Positions 1-14,170 of a stretch of 64,000 nt of DNA are shown here, piece by piece. The notes beneath the pieces were generated by a model. The model made no database searches and was not told the origin of the DNA. It saw only the letters and a list, made by a program, of their open reading frames with translations. The translations under genes and the position numbers were made by a program. Positions within the stretch are counted from its first letter, which is position 1. Each line of letters begins with the position of its first letter. The stretch comes from Neoconidiobolus thromboides FSU 785. Taxonomy: Eukaryota; Fungi; Entomophthoromycota. The stretch covers positions 62,001 through 126,000 of the forward strand of contig MU626270.1 of NCBI GenBank assembly GCA_025603075.1. Direction: 5' to 3'.

Positions 1-332
1 TTGAAGAAAATGAGTTTTCTAATAAAGTTGGACAATGCCCAAACTCATTTAAAACAACTTGTTCGCAAATTATGTTAGATCATTGGAAACCCATTGCAGT
101 AATGTGTGGCTTTGATCATTATAAAATGAGAGATATTGTATGGTATTCTTTATTCACCTATTTGAACTCGATTTGTGATAAGAGTTAGTTAACGTTACCA
201 AGACATTTATGTAAAGTAAAAGAGATAGATCAAACAGAACATGAACTGTTTTCATTATGGCGTATATTAACTAGCTTACCAAATTACCAAAATGACGAAA
301 GAGCATTCTCACAAGGTCTTAAGGTGGATTAA
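1..332 (+). CDS. 3' end of an unidentified spliced gene (partial)
   Basis: Open frame from base 3 (EENEFSNKVGQCPNSF...KMRDI), GT..AG intron 138-188, then LTLPRHLC...GLKVD* with stop at 330-332. No family recognised. Confidence 0.55.
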
Positions 333-792
333 ACTTAATCATTGCTTGGGAAATAAAATGCTATAAGAACATACTTTTAAAGCAAGAACTTAACTGGCCT
401 GAGTTTATTCATCATCAAAAATTGAATTTTATTAGAGGTGGAAATTTGGTTAGTAGAGAACTTACACTACTCATTTTGGGGTTTCTAAATTGTACAGTAT
501 CTGATAAACACAAAAATAAAATTGAATTTTAAGAGTTTGGAACAAAAGTAGAATATATGTGCGTATATTATTAATGAAAATAAATTAGGTAATTCATTTA
601 TTTTTATTATTATATTATATTATCATTAATATTATATCTAATAAAAAACAACTATACCTAAATAATTTTATTAGAAGAATGAAATAAAAAGAACTAAATT
701 ACAAAGCTATTATTTCAATAACTTTATAACTTAATAAAAGTATAAAAATTTAAAAAAACTTTTTCTATTTATAAATTGAAAAAACCATGATT

Positions 793-2945
793 TTAACTAT
801 TAACATTCCAAAATCTAAGATAACCATTTTTAGTCCCACCAATTAATAAATTGTCTCTAGTTAAATGTAAACCCCATGAAGTAGATTGTAACCCAGATAA
901 TTGTTTCTTTTGAAAGGTAGTTCTTTGATAAACCTAAAATATGAAAAGTAAAAAAGTCTATAAAACCTTATTTTTAAAAAAAAGCTTACCTCCACCTCTT
1001 CTTTATCACAACTTGTGAATATATTTTTAGAATTAAATTGTAAATCTAGAACAATATCTTCATATTTAATACTTTCCAATTGTTTGCCTGTTCTTAAATC
1101 AAATATCTTCACTGTGTGATCCAAGGAGCCAGAGATCAAATGGAAAGTATCAAAATTTAATGAAGTAATATTATTTTGATGACCTGCCAATGATCGATGA
1201 CATTGCCCTGTTCTTAAATCCCACATACGAATGATACCATCATTTGTGCCTGATGCTAAAGCACGAGAATAAAATTTAATTGTACCAACGATACTATTTA
1301 ATATATTATAATTATTTCCTTTTGATTCTAATACACTTATTATTTTGTTTTGTTTTTGATTGATTGAGTTTAAATTCATTTGCCAAGTACAATCAAATGT
1401 ACTAATTAATTTACCATTTTCTAAATCCCATTGTTTAATTGTACCATCATTAGATCCAGATAATGCATAATTACAATCCATATCTAAACATTTGATATAA
1501 CTTTTATGACCTTTTAAAGTAAATGAAGGTAATGCTTGTGCTGGAGGTAATGAAAAAGAAGGTGGTGCTGAATAGATAGATAATTCAGATTCTGGTTTTA
1601 AACTATTTGGACTTAAACTGGGTAATAAATTAGGCGACAATAATGGTTTTTCAATTATTTCTTCTTCTTCTTCTTTATTGCAAATTTGTTCTGTTACTTC
1701 TAATAATGACCTTGTATTGTAGATTCTTAAATTACTATCTTTTCCTCCTCCTATTAAGATTCCGTCGTTGATTTTGATATCATAAACATTTCCTAAAATA
1801 AACATAATATACGTTAATGATATAAAAATAGTATTATTATAATAAAGCTTACCAAATTTTGCCGGTATTTCATATAAATTTTCATAACTATCATAAGCTT
1901 TCATATCCCAAAGTTTAATGTTACCATCAACTTCTGAAGTAGCTAATAATTGAGTTTTTTCATCCGAATGAATCGAATTTACTATAGAATCATGGGCCTT
2001 AAAAATCTAAATTAAACAAATAATTAAATAAGTGACATAATAATATAACAATCGGCTTACCATTGGATAAACATTGTTAGAAATAACGGATCCTTCTACT
2101 GATTTTACACTGGTAAGTTCATGCTGATGCACTTCTTCTGTATCCATTGTTATTTCAATCTTGATCTCTTCTTTCTCCTCTATCGTCTCATTAAATTCTT
2201 CAAATTCAACAACTTGATTAATCTCCTCTTTTTCATCTTGTTTAATATTAGCTATTGGAGTTTCTATGTCATCCGTTTCCTTAATTTCATCCTTTTCTTG
2301 AGCCTCATTGTCTTCCACAACAGGCTGTAGCTGTAAACTTAATAAATTTAAATCATCTTCCATTTGATTCAATTCTAATTCCAGTCTATTCTTTTTTTTC
2401 ATAATTTTATCCATTTTATCATCATATGATTTTATCTTTGCTTTAATCGTTTCGACTTCTTTTTCCTTCTTTTTAAGTTTCAGTAATATATTACTCCCTT
2501 CCCCACTCTCACTCTCCTCATAGCCCACCCCATTAACCACACTTGATTCTGGAGTATCATCTTTCCTCTCATCTTTGTGAATAAAACCAGAATATAACGT
2601 ATTTCCATTACTATAGACACTATCAATATCATCATCCACATCCATATCCAATCCTTTACTTCCTTCTTCACCAGAAGTTATTCGATTTTGATTCCCACCA
2701 CCTACCGATTTTTTCAATATATTTAGTAATAATTGTTGGAATGTTGAGGGGCTGAATAATAATTGAGAAGTGGCCTGAGTTATTCCTTTGATTGTTTGAG
2801 TAAGATTGGTGATGGGAGTGATGTCCATAGTACTTAAAGGAGTTAGATAAGAGAGTTCATGAGAGGGTGTTGGTTCAGGAGCAGATAGCGAGGATATTAT
2901 TTTTTTCTTTCGTGTCTTTTTTTTGCGTTGATTGACAGCCTCCAT
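793..2945 (-). CDS. MDV1: Mitochondrial fission adaptor Mdv1/Caf4 (N-terminal extension, coiled coil, WD40 propeller); spliced
   Basis: ORFs 2007-2945 (coiled coil) and 861-1904 join through short GT..AG introns. WD40 repeats ALASGTNDGIIRMWDLRTG...GHQNNITSL...SGSLDHTVKIFDLRTG match Mdv1/Caf4. Last exon ends GYLRFWNVNS* (793-795). Confidence 0.85.
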
Positions 2946-3449
2946 TTGTTTTTTTAAAGATAAATTAAGAAATTGAACTTTAAGTTACGTTCTAATGAGT
3001 TTTTAGTTTGTAAGGGATATTTTTGGAGTAAATTTGAATTAGGTCATTTTTAAATTTTTGCAAAGATAAATATGATTAAAATCATAATTAAACAATAAAA
3101 AATCAAAGAAAATAAACAATCGATACATTAACTATTTAATTTCGTAAATAATAGAGAATAAGATAGGAAAATTATAAGATATAGACAACATTGATTTTAA
3201 ACATAGTAAAATAGACATATTAGAAAAACATAGTTCTATAATGCAATGAAATTTATAATCTAAATTATTAATTAGATTAAAGACTATTACTTATTATATT
3301 AGATTGATATTTAATAGAATCGATTAATAGAGGATAGTAATTGCTATTACTTTTTAACGTATTTATAAAGTTCAGATATGCTCATATGAAGTATATACAC
3401 GACCAATGTTCAACAATAGGGTGAGTAACTATTTTTAAGTTCATTTTAC

Positions 3450-5753
3450 TCATGGGAGAAAATTTCTTTCCAATTGAAAAGAATGGGAAGAACGATACAA
3501 TTTAGCATAATTTGGATTGGTAGGTAATAATTGAATGGGTACTAAACAAGTCAATTTTTCTAATAAATTAGTATTACCATTTTGTATTTTATTTAATGTT
3601 CGAAATCGATCAATACTAGTACTTAATATATTCTGTTCATTTCTTTCTCCTACCATAAATTCAATTCTTAATCGATAACCTAATTCAACTGTAGTAATAA
3701 TATATTAGCTATTATGAAAATTATAATATATTAATTATAAATTATCTTACCAACAGTAGTTTCAAAATTAGGTGTACATGTAGTAGGAATAGTTAAATCA
3801 ATAGCTATCCTATCCTTATTAATTAGTAGGCATTGTTGATGAGTTAATATTTGCCGTGTCATTTGATCTGTACGATGTTTCGGATGATGAGAATAACCTT
3901 CTTTTAAAGTTTCAAAACTTTCTAAAGTTACTGATACCTAATAGCAGTTTATTAATTTAACTCAATTTAACTTGTTTAATCAATAAATTTATTTACTTGA
4001 TAACATTTAACTGGGGATGGTACAAATTGTATAATTGTATTTACAGAATCACCAATTCGATAATATGGTTTTTTTAAATATAATTTACCAATTATTGTAT
4101 CATCTTTAGAGATCGTATAATTTACTAATAAAAACATATTATAGGTATGTTATTATCATTGTATTGTTTTAACTTACTTGGTTTAGTTCTTCTAGTTAAT
4201 TGATGAACCGCTTTTAAACATTGAGATTCAATATCTAACATGTTAAATTGCAACTCATTTTCTAAATCTAAATCTTCTTCTTCTTCATCCAAATTTAAAC
4301 TTTTTAATCCGTTGTTAATAAATTCTTGAATATTTGTATTTACTAAATAAAGTTAACAAATCAGTCATTAAATAAATAAATAATAATAATATATAATAGT
4401 TTACCACTTGTTTGGTATTTTTTAATTTTAATTTTATCTTGATTATTTTTTACAATAGCATCATCCGAATATATTAACTCAGGTTGTAATAAATTATATA
4501 TTGATGATTCTCCATATTCTACAATATGGATTTGATAAACAAACATGAAAAGATTAATATAATAATAAATTTTACCATTCTTAGTATTGAATAATCTAAA
4601 AGGCAATTGAACTACGTTGGGTTCTAAAGTAATTTCACCTTGTTGAGTACCTAATATTAAATAATATAAAAATCTTGCTGATTTTCCCCTATAACTAGGT
4701 GGTAAATTTTCAGGTAGTTGAATTTCATAATCATCTATTAATAGTAATTATATAAAATCTTCTATTTTATTATTTAAATTAAATTAAAGCTTACATATCA
4801 CTGATTCCCCAGGTTCCAATGTAATATCACAAAATAAAACTGATGGTGGTGTAGAATAAACTGGGAATAATTTACTTTCTAAATAAATAAAAATACTATT
4901 AACAATAAGCTCATTATTCCAAAACAATAAACCATTACCACCCTGTCTCTTTAAATCTGCCATTGTTGAATTTTTTGAATTCCCATTTATAAAAGTAGAA
5001 GCATTATAACCAAAAGTACCACCCCCTAAACTACCACCATGACCTACACCATTAGCAGCCCTATACATTCTTTTCTCTTTTAATGGCTCAAAAGCATTTG
5101 TTTGTACTAAATTTTCATCTAATACAAAGTGACCCACTAATTGAGCAAAACCCCATAATAATTTTTCTTTTTTAGCTATGGGTGTATTGTTGACTATTTT
5201 TATTCATTTAATATCTAAGTTAAAAGTTAAAATTTAGCTTACCATTTAAAGATTTGTTATCTGCCCCTAAAGTAGAAAACGAAGAAAACCATGAGGATAC
5301 AGAAGATGGTCGAAAATTTCTTAATTGTGAATGTATATTGGTTACTTCTTCTGAATTTCTAAAATGTGGCATACTTTGTGTACTTTGATGATTGGATTCC
5401 ATATCTTTTTTATTAGCTTCATCCCCTTCCATCCCTTCTCCCTGATAATAAGACGTACTCGAGTTTGATCTATTTGGTTTAAATCCCATAGAACCAAATC
5501 GATTATAAGATTCAGTGCTTGATCTTGAACTGGGAGCACTTTTAATATCATCAACGTTACATTCACTCAAAGAAGAATTTTTTCTTAACCGGGATTTTAA
5601 TATTTCATTGCCATTTCCTCGATAACCTTTTTCTTCTATTGGTATGATATCCTCTTTTTGTATACAATTGATAAACTTAAAAGATACTCTTAATTTTTCA
5701 TTACAATAGAACACCCCTTCTTGGTGGAAATTGACTTGTACTTGGATCGTCAT
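3450..5753 (-). CDS. RGP1: Rgp1, subunit of the Ric1-Rgp1 Ypt6/Rab6 GEF; multi-exon
   Basis: Motifs VFYCNEKL, AQLVGHFVLD, STPPSVLFCDITLEPGES, LPENLPPSYRG and MPFRLF across ORF fragments 5220-5753, 4784-5137, 4361-4606 and 3450-3656, separated by GT..AG introns. Confidence 0.85.
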
Positions 5754-6113
5754 TAGCTATTAGTTGGAAAAATATTATAAAAAATGCTCTTTTTTGTTCA
5801 TTCTTTGATCTGAGTTTTTTACTTGCTTGCTAATTTTTGACTTCAATTTTAATGCTTTAATTGGTGGTTATTACTATTCAGTTTCCAGTTTTTTTGAGTG
5901 GCTTCATAGTTCACTTTTACCTAGTTTGGTCATTGTCAGCTCTTTTTTTCGAAAATTTATGGAGCAATTTTACACTTAATTTATCTCTCGTTTCTTGATT
6001 ATTTTGATTACTTTATTTTAGTGATCAAAACTATTGAAACTTATAATTGTTCATTTCATATTCAAGTAGTTCTAATGATAATAAATATAAGCAATAATTA
6101 ATTGACCTATTCA

Positions 6114-6222
6114 ATATAAGATTGTTTTTTTGGTTTCATCACTTTTTCCATTTTCTAAGCACTATTTAAGTGGAAAGGAGGCTATCAGCAAAACTCTTAA
6201 ACAAAAAAATATACTACTAAAT
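6114..6222 (-). mobile_element. MITE copy 1 (degenerate)
   Basis: Reverse match to the consensus core (TTTCATCACTTTTTCCATTTTCTAAGCACTATTT...CTCTTAAACA); ends eroded. Confidence 0.75.
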
Positions 6223-7392
6223 ATTAGTTTTTATTGAAGCTTATTTTTAAAAAATCCAAAAGTTGGAGTGCCCTGTAAATTTTTGTTAAAATTGATTAAA
6301 TATATATGTAACAAGGGTAAAAAATCAAAGAGTGAACGATCAACAGATATATATTTATTGATTAAGGCACATGAACTCCTGAAACATGTAAAGAAAAAAA
6401 TTACAGGGAGAGATCTTTAGTATCATCTAAAAATATAACCTAATATTTTCAAAAATCTGATTTAACGTCTGAGATTGTTACATGTCAATATGCGTTTTTT
6501 AGCCGAGAGCTTACAATCATAGTAAAAAGATGTATAACTAGAGCAACAACTTTCACTCTTTATTTCGTTTATATTTTTAAATAATTTTTATTCATTATAA
6601 TTAACAACGTTGTATTCACTTTTATATTGATATTTAATATGATTTATTAAATTTAATGATCCAGTTTACAAATTATTAAAGTTAACTTAGTAGATCCGCT
6701 GCAATTATTTTAAATATAGGAAGTTATAAAAATTATAATAGCAACTTAGTTTAATTTCAAAATAAGTATTCTCAACAGTTTATCATAAGCTTTTTCATCA
6801 AGTTTAATATCTGACTTGATTTTAAATAAAGCATAATAATGTGCTGCTAAATGATTTTAATAGAAATAATCAAAAATATAATCGATATAAAATAATAAAG
6901 TATTTATTTAGACTTTGATATATATTCATTATTTCAAAATTAACAAATCTGGCTTAACTTGTAGTGACAATAATATTGAAGCAGATTATTCGAACATTAG
7001 TGGAAACTCAAATATGACTAATAGTATCTTTTTTTGAGCCATTGCCTTCAAGTTTTTAATATGGTTTTTTAGCAAGTAACTAAGGGGTAGAAAGTTAAGT
7101 GCTTTTAAAGATTTAGCTTTTAATTCATACTAAAGCTCTATTTAAAATATTAAAATGTTATATTTCTTTTTTTGTTAAGTCAATAATAACATTCTCTCTT
7201 TTTCTTAGTTCTTTTTTATCTCTTATTGACTTTTATTTATTATATTAAAACACTTGGATTTCAACTTACAATAATTTAAAATGTTAATAGCAATATGAGA
7301 ATGCTTTTGCCTCAGTATTCATTGATTATTTATGAAATAAAAATCAAAAAAAAAACATTCAAATAAGACAAAGTTACTCAAAAAAATAAAAT

Positions 7393-9152
<1,760 letters not shown>

Positions 9153-9353
9153 ACTGATTCTTTAAAATTTAAACTAGCTTTTAATGTAATTAAAATACAA
9201 TCTAACAAGTTTCAATTCTAAAATTTAACTTAATGAAAGCTTAGATGACGTTAAAAACTAAGCTAACCAGAAGAGGGATTGATTTTATTGGTGGAACTGT
9301 AATATTTTTGCAATTAATAATAGATAGAAAACATTTATTTTATTTATATAAGA

Positions 9354-10228
9354 TTAATGATAAATTGGAGTATCATTCGCATATTCTGAATAGAGATGAG
9401 CAATTGAGTTAAACCAAGCTAAAAGTACAGGAGTATCTTCACTTGCTTGAGCTTCCATTCCAATAATATTATCAAAATGAATGGGTGCTAAAATTCGAAC
9501 CCACTGTAAAGTCCCAAATAAAAGATAATCGGAATAGGTTACTAAAAGTGTATGATATTAGCGAACATTAAAACATTATTAACAAATTACCAGTTTCACC
9601 TTCGAGATATTTATAGGTCTTTAGAGTACTAATGAAGGGTTTTAAAGCATTGAAAATCTGAAGATAAATTGGGCCAGGTTCTTCAGCAATCTGCTCCAAA
9701 GGTTTATTGAACTGAGTCTCTCTTAAATTTTTAAAATAAACTTTATCTTCCCCGTGCAAATTATCGTAAATGTGTAACACACACAGATTAAACAATTTTC
9801 CCATATGAGTTGAAATATAATTTTCTAAGAAGAAAGAATATTCTTTTCCATTTGGAAATAGCAAAGGTCGATCGCTATATTTGTCTTCTAAATATTCTGC
9901 AATATCCCTACTATTAGCTACTACCTCATCATCATCCACTAGTAGTGGAGTTAACTTCCATTTATTATTACTGATTATAAAGGTTAATTTGATTTTTTGA
10001 ATACTTAAATGAAACTACCTTATCTTTGGTATTTCAGTTTGTATTTGGTGAAAAGTTAGATCTACCTTTTCAAACAGTAAATCCTATATATTGAATTAGC
10101 TACTCATTAGGTAAGCGTTCAAGTTGTCGATTTACCTTATGTTTTAGACATAGCCTTACTCTCCAACCAAAGGAACTAAAGTTTACGCCATCCGTATGAT
10201 CAACTAAATCATATACTTTTAGTCTCAT
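9354..10228 (-). CDS. Glutathione S-transferase, LigE/beta-etherase-like (GSTFuA/GTE-like) class; spliced
   Basis: N-terminus MRLKVYDL...FSSFGWRVRLCLKHK, then YFKNLRETQFNKPLEQ and C-terminal YSDYLLFGTLQWVR. These follow the pattern of LigE-like GSTs. Confidence 0.75.
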
Positions 10229-10794
10229 TTTATTTTAGTAAAAATGGATTGATTGTGTTTAAATTTGTAACTTTAATTTTTGGTATTAATTTTTGTGTTC
10301 AATTTTTACATCTTACCGTTTATTAAAAATGCTGTTTGGAACAATAATCAAACTAAATCTATCATGTTGTATTTACCATATTACATTAATATAATAGTTT
10401 TCTAATTTAGTCTAAATTTCCAAATTCCCTTTTATTCCTTATTTCTATTTACTACCTATCTCATTTAAAATTTAGATCATTTTAACACAAATGTGCCAAA
10501 TATTATGATTAAAGGAACAGCTATATACCTAATTTCATTCATACGTTAATCAACCCCTAATAGTATAAGTTTTATATTTTATTTTATTGTATTGCTTTAA
10601 AAGTATAATTCATTATCCACGATTACTAATAAAACTATGATGATTTTTAATGGAATATTTAATTTATTATGCTATTATTAATATAATTTATATAACGATA
10701 AAACTGATATAGATAGTTCAATGTTTCTATCTGTTTGATTAAAGTAAGCATTTTGGGGGTTAGATCATCATTCTAGAGGTAAAGTTTAAAGAAT

Positions 10795-10900
10795 ATATGG
10801 GGATGTATTTTTGTGTTTAAGAATTTTACTAACAATCTTTCTACTTAAATAGCGCTTAAAAAATGGAAAAGTAATGAAATCAAAAAAAACATCCCCATAT
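10795..10900 (+). mobile_element. MITE copy 2 (near consensus)
   Basis: ATAT|GGGGATGT...ACATCCCC|ATAT. Confidence 0.93.
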
Positions 10901-11564
10901 CTTTAAGTTCGATTAGATACTAGATTTAAAATATCATATTCGAATACCTATCCCTTTTACTATTTCATTTATTATAGTATCGTTTATAAATATAAAATTA
11001 TAAAGCAATCCCATTTTTAGTAATAGTAATTCACAAAACATCTATTAAAAAAATTTTGATATACCATAAAATACTGCTTTATTAATTGCTCCATTATGTT
11101 AGATATTAAAGTTATTTCACCTACTTGTTACTAAATCAACAGCATGATTATATAAGAGAACATCATTTTTAATATTTCTCCTACAAAATAAATTTATTCT
11201 AGAAAAGACTATTTAGCTAAGTAACCAAAATATTATATCTTTAAAATAATAATAAGCTAAGGATTTATTAAGATAGTATCGTTATTTAAAGCTATGGTAT
11301 TATACCAAAATACTAGATAGAGTTAGTATACTCTTTTAGATTTTTGATTAAGTTTATTTATAGCAAATTGTAGTAGCTTCAAAACAAATCCGAAAATTAG
11401 CAAACAAACTAAAATTCTAGAGATACTCCGTGAGATTTAAAAATAACAAACCCCTTATTTGTCCGTGAAAGTAAAAAAACGGAACATTATGTAAAATATA
11501 AATAATAAAAAATAGACTTCTTTTTGTCCTTTTATCCATAAGCCTACTACGAACAAACCATAAC

Positions 11565-11918
11565 ATGAGATTTTTCATCTTTTTTTTCCTATTAATTGCT
11601 TGCCTTCAAGCCTTCCATATATCTGATAACCTTTCTTTACACTCCATCAAAGAGCGTGCCCAAAAGGTAGTGAAAGATTTAAAAGAACATTTACCTTTTC
11701 ATCATAACGACAAAAGAGATGTTACGCCTGATAGTATTATCAATGGTATTGGTGAAGTAGTCGAAAAAGCAACTGGTTGGAACATCACTGATAAATCAAA
11801 GAATAATAATAATGGTCAAAGTCTCTCTAAAAGCTCATCAAATAGCATACTCTCTTATGGCTCACCAAACTACATCATCTTCTCCGTGATGTTGATGTCG
11901 TTCTTTTATCTACTTTAA
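11565..11918 (+). CDS. Small secreted protein, probably GPI-anchored, with a Kex2 (KR) site
   Basis: 117 aa. Hydrophobic signal peptide (MRFFIFFFLLIACLQA), internal DKR|DV, a Ser-rich SSSN omega-like region and a hydrophobic C-terminal tail (YIIFSVMLMSFFYLL). Confidence 0.75.
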   Translation: MRFFIFFFLLIACLQAFHISDNLSLHSIKERAQKVVKDLKEHLPFHHNDKRDVTPDSIINGIGEVVEKATGWNITDKSKNNNNGQSLSKSSSNSILSYGSPNYIIFSVMLMSFFYLL

Positions 11919-12117
11919 ACGAAATAGTTCGTTTAAACTCAGTACAACACTGATTTGTAAATTAATAAATTAATGTAGTTACATTTTAGTTACTTTTTAA
12001 AAACAGATTTATAATCTATTTAATGAAAGAGTGTTTGTAGATTAATTATAAAATTACTTAAGTCAAAAACGTGAGCCTTATTATAAAGATATTAAAACAT
12101 ACTAGATGTAATGTAAC

Positions 12118-12210
12118 ATACGAGGATGTATTTTTTTTCCTAATAATTTTTCCACTCAAATAGTGCTTAAAAAATGGAAAAGTAATGAAACCAAAAAAAC
12201 ATCCCCACAT
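12118..12210 (+). mobile_element. MITE copy 3 (internal deletion)
   Basis: ATAC|GAGGATGT...ACATCCCC|ACAT, lacking about 13 bp of the left arm. Confidence 0.88.
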
Positions 12211-12553
12211 ATTGAAATTTATTGGTTATGATTTTTAATTCATCTTCACTATAGATAGTTTAAATAGCTGTATCACTTAAATTATAGTCTTAATACTATT
12301 CCTTCTGATTTTAATACTTTTCTATAGTTTAGTAGTAGGATTTCAAATATTGTAGAACTAAAGTCTTTGATCAAACTAAAAATTAGATATTCAGTGTTAG
12401 ATTATTCCAGTCTAAAAAAGCTTGAATACGCACTAAATACTTCTCTTTACTTCCTGATCCTGCTTAATTAGTCTTCCTTTTAAGATTTTTTTTATCTATT
12501 TCATTGAAAAGAAATCAAAATTTAAATATTTAATTGAATATCTCCAAAAAGAA

Positions 12554-12658
12554 ATATGCAGTTGTATTTTGTGTTTAAGAATTTTACTAGCAATTTTTCC
12601 GCTCAGGTAGTGCTTAAAAGATAGAAAAAGTAATGAAGCTAAAAAAACACCCTCATAT
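12554..12658 (+). mobile_element. MITE copy 4
   Basis: ATAT|GCAGTTGT...ACACCCTC|ATAT. Confidence 0.9.
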
Positions 12659-12773
12659 ATTTAATACAGATCCGTTAGTAAAATAAGTATTTATATATAA
12701 CTCCGTAAAATATTGCTAGTCTATTATTACAAGAATCATTAATAAAATCGCTACATTATATGGCAAAATGAAA

Positions 12774-12813
12774 ATATGAGGGTGTTTTTTTGGCTTCATT
12801 ACTTTATGCAGTA
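12774..12813 (-). mobile_element. MITE copy 5 (right-end fragment)
   Basis: ATAT|GAGGGTGTTTTTTTGGCTTCATTACTTT; the rest is unrecognisable. Confidence 0.8.
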
Positions 12814-14170
12814 GATTGTAATGATATCGTAAACACATATATATTCTGCTCTGAATATGAAAATAAATAGTTGAGTTTTTAATTGCGTTCGATAGCAAGT
12901 TCCAGAGACCTGACTCAATAAAATAATTATGCTATATTATCATAAAATACGTCAAATGTCCTTTTAATTGAATTACTTTCAAACCTAGTGTTGTGTATAA
13001 ACTAAAAAAATACACCAAGGTTTATAAAATACGATGTATATGTATACTGTTTATAGCCGTCATATATGTAAGATGAATATCTTATAAATTTGTCATAACA
13101 TAATAGTTAAAGAATGACTAATCAAGTAATGAATAAAATCAGAATAAAGATAAATTTCTTGAAATTTAGTTTTTATTTATAAAGATATGTCCAATAACTA
13201 AAATTATTTCAGTCTTTATAATCACCTTGTATTAAATGTATTCTATTATATAACTTTAAAAGACTTACCACCAAAAACTTTGTAATACATATCAATAATT
13301 CTTTATTACGAATACAGCTGTTATTCTTTAATCTTTATATTTTTTATTAATGTATTATTTCTATGATCTCAGAATTTTAATAGTGAAATAAAATGATATA
13401 CCGGAAATATGTTTTGTAAAATTACTACTTATTAATTCCATTAAACATAAAACAGTTGCTCTTGTTGTAAAGTATTATTATAAATAGGTAATGTTTAAAA
13501 ATACTACAGCATTATGATACAAAATTAATCAAATTAACTTAAAGTGAAATCAAATACAATTATAAAAACCAATAACTTTAGTTGAAGATTTATAGCCATT
13601 AATTTTGATTTAAAACAAAGTATATAATTATGCTAAAATACTACATAGAATACTAAAAAATACTAGTTTAACAAATTCATTTTAACAATATTATAATCAA
13701 ATTCATGTTAAAACTCGTAAATTATTGAGACATTTGACAAAGATAAACAAAATATGAAATAAAGACATATACTATTAAAGCAACCAAATGCTAATAGCCA
13801 CATACTAAAATATTATCTGATTACTATTTATTTAAATTATATAGCTATACTTAGTCATATTTAAGACTTCAATATGTTTAATCTTAATATTCTAATTTGA
13901 ATTCTAAAATCGTAAAATTTGCATAAATCATAAAATTAACAAAAAAAATAAGCAGAACATAATATCAAGTTAAGACTTAGTGAGAAATATTCTTCCTTTT
14001 CACATCCTACAGCTTATACTAATTGTAAGGTGAGTTATTTGATTCAATAAGATATATAAAAGTGAAGGAATAAAATCAATAGTTATCAATAGCAGAAAAA
14101 ACAGAAGACCAAAAAATATTTTGATGGATGTAATTGACTAATTTTCTTATTCTAGACGGACTAAAATAAA

